Assembly: GCA_020349685.1 (NCBI GenBank)
Contig: CP070698.1
Location: 1,762,808-1,773,861 of the forward strand
Direction of reading: 5' to 3'
Source of the DNA: a bacterium
GTDB taxonomy: Bacteria > BMS3Abin14
Length of the DNA: 11,054 nucleotides
Part shown: piece by piece, positions 6,411 through 11,054 of the stretch
How positions within the stretch are numbered: position 1 is the first letter of the stretch
How the letters are laid out: each line of letters begins with the position of its first letter
The notes under the pieces: model-generated
Told to the model about the DNA's origin: nothing
Database searches by the model: none
What the model saw: only the letters and a program-made list of their open reading frames with translations
Translations under genes and position numbers: made by a program

Positions 6411-6433
6411 AGTGATACAACCCCCTACCCTCC

Positions 6434-6462
6434 CTGACATCCGAGGCCAAAAGCTATATAAT
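6434..6462 (+). promoter_or_regulatory. Sigma70 promoter of glgP
   Basis: CTGACA (6434-6439), 17 bp, TATAAT (6457-6462): 11/12 consensus. SD AAGGAG at 6513-6518 before TTG 6525. Confidence 0.75.
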
Positions 6463-6524
6463 CGGAGTGTCAAACTGCATCTGCTGATGGGTCCGGACGC
6501 CGGGCCTCTACCAAGGAGTTTACC

Positions 6525-8255
6525 TTGCTCGGAAATCTCAAGATAGCTTATTTTACCATGGAGATCGGCCTCCGGACCGGGATTCCGACCTACAGCGGTG
6601 GTCTCGGCGTGCTCGCCGGGGACACCATAAAGTCCGCCGCCGATCTCGGGCTGCCTGTCGTGGCGGTCACACTCTTGTCCCGCAAGGGATACTTTACCCA
6701 GGAGCTGACAAGCGACGGGACCCAGATCGAGCACCCCGTCCAGTGGAACCCCTCGGACCTCCTCGAGCCTCTTCCCCACCAGGTCTCCGTCCAGATCCAG
6801 GGCCGCAAGGTAAAGGTGGGTGTCTGGCGGTACGAGGTCCTCAGTCAGACCGGCGGCAGCGTTCCCGTATACTTTCTCGACACCGACATCGAAGGGAACA
6901 CGGACCAGGATCGCGAGATCACGCACCACCTCTACGGAGGGGACAGCACCTACCGCCTGAAGCAGGAGATCGTCCTGGGCATCGGCGGTATCCGCATGCT
7001 CCAGGAACTTGAGATTGACATCTTCAAATACCATCTCAACGAAGGGCACTCGGCCCTCCTGGCCCTGGAGCTTCTCAATTGGCTGCGCCGGGACATTACG
7101 ACGGTCTGGGACGAGAAACTGGTGTGGGATGTGGAAGCTGTCCAGGAGCGGTGCATCTTCACGACCCACACCCCGGTAGAGGCCGGTCACGACAAATTTC
7201 CCTATGACCTCGTCACCAGCATCCTGGGTGAGATCGTCCCCCTTGAGATCATGAAGGAGCTCGGGGGCACGGAACACCTAAACATGACCCTTCTGGCTCT
7301 TAACCTGAGCAATTACGTCAACGGTGTGGCCAAGAGGCACGGGGAGGTCTCCCGGGAGATGTTCCACGGGTATCACATCCACAGCATCACCAACGGCGTC
7401 CACTCCCACACGTGGACATGTGAGGGCTTCCGGGAGCTCTACGACAGCTATCTGCCAGGCTGGGCCAACGAACCGGAGCTGTTCGTCCGGATCGACACGG
7501 TCCCCGACGAGAAGATCTGGGAAGCCCACGTGGCTTCCAAGAACAAGATGATCAGCAGAATCCGCGAAAAGACCGGTGTGAGCCTTTCCCCGGAGGTGCT
7601 GACCATAGGTTTCGCCCGCAGGGCAACCAGCTACAAACGGGCCGACCTGCTCTTTTCCGACCTTCAGCGGTTGAAAAGGATCGGGGACGGGCGCCTTCAG
7701 ATCGTTTACGCCGGGAAGGCCCATCCCAAGGACGAACCCGGCAAGGATCTCATCAGGCGCATCTTTACGCACGCGAGGGAACTCGCCGACCATGTCACCG
7801 TCGTCTATCTGCCCGACTACAACATGGAAACGGCGTGCTGCATGGTGGCCGGGGTGGATCTGTGGCTCAACACCCCCTTGAGGCCCATGGAGGCGTCCGG
7901 CACGAGCGGCATGAAAGCCGCGCACAACGGCGTTCCGAACTTCAGTGTTCTTGACGGCTGGTGGGTCGAGGGACACATCGAGGGTGTGACCGGATGGTCC
8001 ATCGGTCCTGAGCCCAGTGGAAAGGACAGGGACGGGCGCAACGGTAAAGTGGATGAAAAGGATCTTTACGACAAGCTCGAGAAGGTCATCATGCCCCTTT
8101 ATTACGGCAACCGGCCGGGTTGGATCCGTGTCATGAAGAACGCCATAGGCAAGAACGCCTATTATTTCAACTCACACCGCATGATGCGCCGGTACGTGAC
8201 CTTCGCCTACATCTCGACCCACTCCACCGGTGAAGACGCGGCTGGAAAGTACTGA
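6525..8255 (+). CDS. glgP: Alpha-glucan (glycogen/maltodextrin) phosphorylase, GT35, short 576-aa form
   Basis: IAYFTMEIGL..YSGGLGVLAGD, HLNEGH, FTTHTP, ITNGVH, GFARRATSYKR, AGKAHP and the PLP-lysine motif EASGTSGMK. TTG start with SD. Confidence 0.95.
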   Translation: MLGNLKIAYFTMEIGLRTGIPTYSGGLGVLAGDTIKSAADLGLPVVAVTLLSRKGYFTQELTSDGTQIEHPVQWNPSDLLEPLPHQVSVQIQGRKVKVGVWRYEVLSQTGGSVPVYFLDTDIEGNTDQDREITHHLYGGDSTYRLKQEIVLGIGGIRMLQELEIDIFKYHLNEGHSALLALELLNWLRRDITTVWDEKLVWDVEAVQERCIFTTHTPVEAGHDKFPYDLVTSILGEIVPLEIMKELGGTEHLNMTLLALNLSNYVNGVAKRHGEVSREMFHGYHIHSITNGVHSHTWTCEGFRELYDSYLPGWANEPELFVRIDTVPDEKIWEAHVASKNKMISRIREKTGVSLSPEVLTIGFARRATSYKRADLLFSDLQRLKRIGDGRLQIVYAGKAHPKDEPGKDLIRRIFTHARELADHVTVVYLPDYNMETACCMVAGVDLWLNTPLRPMEASGTSGMKAAHNGVPNFSVLDGWWVEGHIEGVTGWSIGPEPSGKDRDGRNGKVDEKDLYDKLEKVIMPLYYGNRPGWIRVMKNAIGKNAYYFNSHRMMRRYVTFAYISTHSTGEDAAGKY

Positions 8256-8362
8256 AAAGAGCCGAGGCAGCTAGGACCAGGGGCAGGATCCTGAACCCGG
8301 ATGCGATTCCGTTTCACTCCCTGTAAAAGAGATACACGCATGCAGATCCACTGGACTCCGGA

Positions 8363-9937
8363 CTATTTCGCGTAAACGCTGTAGTCGATATCGGGGAAGA
8401 TGTTGTCCGCCTCCTCCATCGCCCTGAGTTTATCCTCGTCCCAGCCGTCGTCCAGAATAGCGTCGAGCTGGTTGAAGCGGTCCACGTGCAGATTGAAGCG
8501 CTTCTGAGCATACTCAACGCTGGTCCCCATGGTCATGATAAAGGGCCAGTCGCTGGATTGGGCAAGGAGAAGTTCGCGGGCCATCTGGTTGAGGATCCTC
8601 CTGCGGAGAGGATCGGGTGCCGGATACTGGCGCGCCCTGCCCGACATCCTGATGGCCGCGTTGTGCAGGTACCTCCAGATCCAGTCGTTGGATCCGTTAA
8701 GCCACACCTCGTAATATCCCTTGTCGCCCCAGCTTGAGGAGCACGGTGTAGCCACCTGGTGGGTAGGGTTCTCCTCCAGATACCGGGCAAGGGTCACCGG
8801 ACGGATGATGGAATCGGCCATGCGCCGGAAAACGTGTTCCAAAAAATCGGGGCCCTCGAACCACCAGTGTCCGAAAAGTTCCGCATCGTAGGGCGAAAGG
8901 ACGATGGGCGGTTTGTCCATGAGCCCTGCCAGGTGCTCTACCTGACGCTCCCGGTTGAAGACAAAATTGGCCGCGTGCTCCCGGACCCGCTCCGCTGCCC
9001 TTTCAGGTTCATAGAGCTCCTTGTGCTCCGTATCTCCGGTTATCCGGTGATACTTGATACCTGTGAAGGTGCGGATGCCGTCGGGGCTCACATAAGGCCT
9101 GATATACTCCATGTCCAGATCGAACCCGGCATCCCTGTAAAAATCCCTGTAGGCCTGGTCTCCCGGGTATCCTTCCTTGGAGCTCCACACCTGCTTGGAT
9201 GACTCGTGATCTCTTGCAAAGGCCGCGACACCTGCAGGCGTGTAAATGGGCGCGAACACACCGAAAAGACTTCGCGGCCTCGAATAGAGCAGACCGTGGC
9301 TGTCCATGATGAAAAACCTCAGGTTGTATGCAGCCAGAACCTCATCGAGCCCCTGGTAGTAGGCGCATTCAGGGAGCATGATCCCCGCTGGATCCCGCCC
9401 GAGAAGGCGCCGATGGGTGTTCACGGCCACCTCAATCTGCGCTTTGACGGAAGGGGGGTGATAGGCGAGCAACGGCAGAAAACCGTGGGTGGCACCGCAT
9501 GTAACGATCTCCACGTGACCACTGTCAGCCAGACTCCTGAATCCCGCCAGCACGTCCTTACCCAGGCTGTCGACGAAAAAGCGCCGCTTGATCGTGAAGC
9601 GGTCCATGTAAAACCTGGCCAGCCTGTTAAGCTCCGGCTGGTCACGGGTGCGGAGGATCTCCTTTTCGGCGAGTTCGATGGTGCGGGCCATGTATCCCGT
9701 GAACCTTTCCATCAGGAGCCTGTCAGCGAGCATGGATGCCAGAGTGGGCGTCAGACTCATGGTGAAATGAAAGGGAACGCCTTCATCGCGAAGGATGGAG
9801 CACCTCCTCAAAAGGGGAAGATAGCACTCGGCAAGAGCCTCGAAAAACCAGTGCTCCTCGAGAAAATAATCGTATTCGGGATGCCTGACGTAGGGCAGGT
9901 GAGCGTGCAGGAAAAGACCCCAGTACCCGGACTTCAT
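8363..9937 (-). CDS. GH57 1,4-alpha-glucan branching enzyme (DUF1957 C-terminal domain)
   Basis: LHAHLPYVRHPE, EEHWFFEA, TCGATHGFLP, LPECAY (nucleophile Glu), PYDAELFGHWWFEG (acid/base Asp), ELLLAQSSDWPF and DNIFP: the GH57 branching-enzyme subfamily signatures. Confidence 0.93.
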   Translation of the reverse strand: MKSGYWGLFLHAHLPYVRHPEYDYFLEEHWFFEALAECYLPLLRRCSILRDEGVPFHFTMSLTPTLASMLADRLLMERFTGYMARTIELAEKEILRTRDQPELNRLARFYMDRFTIKRRFFVDSLGKDVLAGFRSLADSGHVEIVTCGATHGFLPLLAYHPPSVKAQIEVAVNTHRRLLGRDPAGIMLPECAYYQGLDEVLAAYNLRFFIMDSHGLLYSRPRSLFGVFAPIYTPAGVAAFARDHESSKQVWSSKEGYPGDQAYRDFYRDAGFDLDMEYIRPYVSPDGIRTFTGIKYHRITGDTEHKELYEPERAAERVREHAANFVFNRERQVEHLAGLMDKPPIVLSPYDAELFGHWWFEGPDFLEHVFRRMADSIIRPVTLARYLEENPTHQVATPCSSSWGDKGYYEVWLNGSNDWIWRYLHNAAIRMSGRARQYPAPDPLRRRILNQMARELLLAQSSDWPFIMTMGTSVEYAQKRFNLHVDRFNQLDAILDDGWDEDKLRAMEEADNIFPDIDYSVYAK

Positions 9938-10611
9938 GGCAGATCCTTTCCCCGCCCAAGCGGCCAGGAGGAAACCGGCACCCCCGGTCCCGGAGGGCCG
10001 TAGACGCCCTCCCTTTCAAGGGGTTGACGGTCGCCGCCAGACAATCGGAAGATCTCCTCAAACTCCCTTCGACGCGTCATCCAGAGGGTATCGAGCTCCT
10101 CGGAAGGGGCGTCGTCGGGTAACCTGATCCGGTTGGATCTGGCGACGGTGGCAAACCCTTCGGCGCCGGGAACAATCAGCTCCGATTCGATCTCCATTCC
10201 GGACCGGGGAAGGTGAATGTAATAGGTCCCCGACCGGCCCCGGACACTTTCGGACAGGATCTCGTCGCCGTCCTTAACGGACAGGACTCGCAGGAAGATG
10301 CTTCCGGGTGGTTCCTCGTCCAGTTCCCAATAGGCGAAAGCGGTCCTGGGCTTCTGCGGAAGGACGCACAATCTGTTCTCTCCGAGGAAACGGGGAAGCG
10401 TCGGCGTCCCGGCCCCGACCTCTGTCTTAAAGGCCTTTTCCGCAGGGATGGCCGCGCTGGACGGTACGGGAACCCCGGGTTGACCGGCTTTTGAAAGATC
10501 GGCCAGTGCCCGGGCCAGCTGCACCTTGGTCATCCGGCTGCGGCCCTTCACGCCCGCTTCTCTCGCCAGGGCGGCAAGTTCCTCCTTTTTTTTCTTCATG
10601 TAACGTTCCAT
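9934..10611 (-). CDS. DUF4912-like protein with N-terminal Rho-N-like helical motif, 225 aa
   Basis: Probable start ATG 10611 (GAGGG SD, just after the glgA stop). EELAALAREAGVKGRSRMTKVQL (Rho-N-like), then LPRFLGENRLCVLPQKPRTAFAYWEL...YYIHL...VARSN.I.LP.DAPS (DUF4912-like). Stop overlaps the GH57 ATG (ATGA 9934-9937). Confidence 0.78.
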   Translation of the reverse strand: MERYMKKKKEELAALAREAGVKGRSRMTKVQLARALADLSKAGQPGVPVPSSAAIPAEKAFKTEVGAGTPTLPRFLGENRLCVLPQKPRTAFAYWELDEEPPGSIFLRVLSVKDGDEILSESVRGRSGTYYIHLPRSGMEIESELIVPGAEGFATVARSNRIRLPDDAPSEELDTLWMTRRREFEEIFRLSGGDRQPLEREGVYGPPGPGVPVSSWPLGRGKDLP

Positions 10612-10616
10612 CGGTA

Positions 10617-11054
10617 TCAATCCCTCTCTTTTTCTGTCAGTTCCCTGTACAACCCGGCGTATTGTCTGGCGGACCGGCGCCAGGAATTGTCCTGTTTCAT
10701 GATCCTGGGTACGATGGATGCCAGGCGGCCATCGTGGTAGATCTCTCCTGCCCTGTGCAGGGCACATAGGATGTCCCCCTCCAGAACCTCCCCAAATACG
10801 ATTCCGTTGCCCTTTTCTCCTTCCGCGTCGAGATCCGCGACCGTATCTGCCAGACCGCCTGTGGCCCGCACCACAGGAACAGCACCGTACCGCATGGCGA
10901 TCATCTGGCCCAGGCCGCAGGGCTCAAAACGGGAGGGCATGAAAAAAAAATCGGACCCGGCATAGATCCTCCGGGCCAGCTTGTCGTCAAACCCAATATT
11001 TACCGACACGCGACCCCTGAGCGGCGCAGCGGCTACTCTCAGGGAATCCTCCAG
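10617..11054 (-). CDS. glgA: Glycogen synthase GlgA (GT5), C-terminal part; 5' end outside the window
   Basis: Frame is open from the window edge: LEDSLRVAA...GFDDKLARRIYAGSDFFFMPSRFEPCGLGQMIAMRYGAVPVVRATGGLADTV...NSW..SA..Y..LY. Confidence 0.93.
   Translation of the reverse strand: MEDSLRVAAAPLRGRVSVNIGFDDKLARRIYAGSDFFFMPSRFEPCGLGQMIAMRYGAVPVVRATGGLADTVADLDAEGEKGNGIVFGEVLEGDILCALHRAGEIYHDGRLASIVPRIMKQDNSWRRSARQYAGLYRELTEKERD

Noticed and set aside
6463-6512. Fluoride-riboswitch-like words (AAACTGC...GCTGATG...CTAC) in the glgP leader
   Set aside because: The 5' GGnGAUGG...CnCC P1 stem and the pseudoknot pairing are absent, and the gene context does not fit.
6387-7976. 296-aa and 232-aa minus-strand ORFs
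   Set aside because: Antisense shadows of glgP with no protein-family features.
8281-8298. GCAGGATCCTGAA resembling the right end of the MITE-like element
   Set aside because: Only a short palindrome match, with no A5 tract, no partner inverted repeat and no CTAG flank; could be chance.
10612-10767. N-terminal 52 aa of the 277-aa ORF
   Set aside because: Overlaps the glgA 3' end in another frame; ATG 10611 has an SD and directly follows the glgA stop.

Overview
Bacterial chromosomal window with moderately high GC and a gene set suggesting a deltaproteobacterium-like organism (inference). Left to right: (i) a minus-strand run of an NDP-sugar pyrophosphorylase/pseudo-phosphohexomutase fusion, ftsB, and a 6-TM + GAF + GAF membrane protein that runs off the left edge and is missing from the ORF track (it resembles Myxococcus DmxA); (ii) a methionine sulfoxide reductase A split into two ORFs by the track, which is really one selenoprotein gene (GUFWG, in-frame TGA 5086-5088, SECIS-like hairpin) with an N-terminal export/anchor signal; (iii) a 59-bp CTAG-flanked MITE-like palindrome nested in inverted heptamer repeats; (iv) a rhodanese gene with an altered active-site loop, preceded by a structured leader and a terminator-like hairpin; (v) a glycogen/alpha-glucan cluster: short-form glgP converging on glgA (partial), a DUF4912-like gene and a GH57 branching enzyme. 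All calls come from manual reading and motif recognition; no searches were run.
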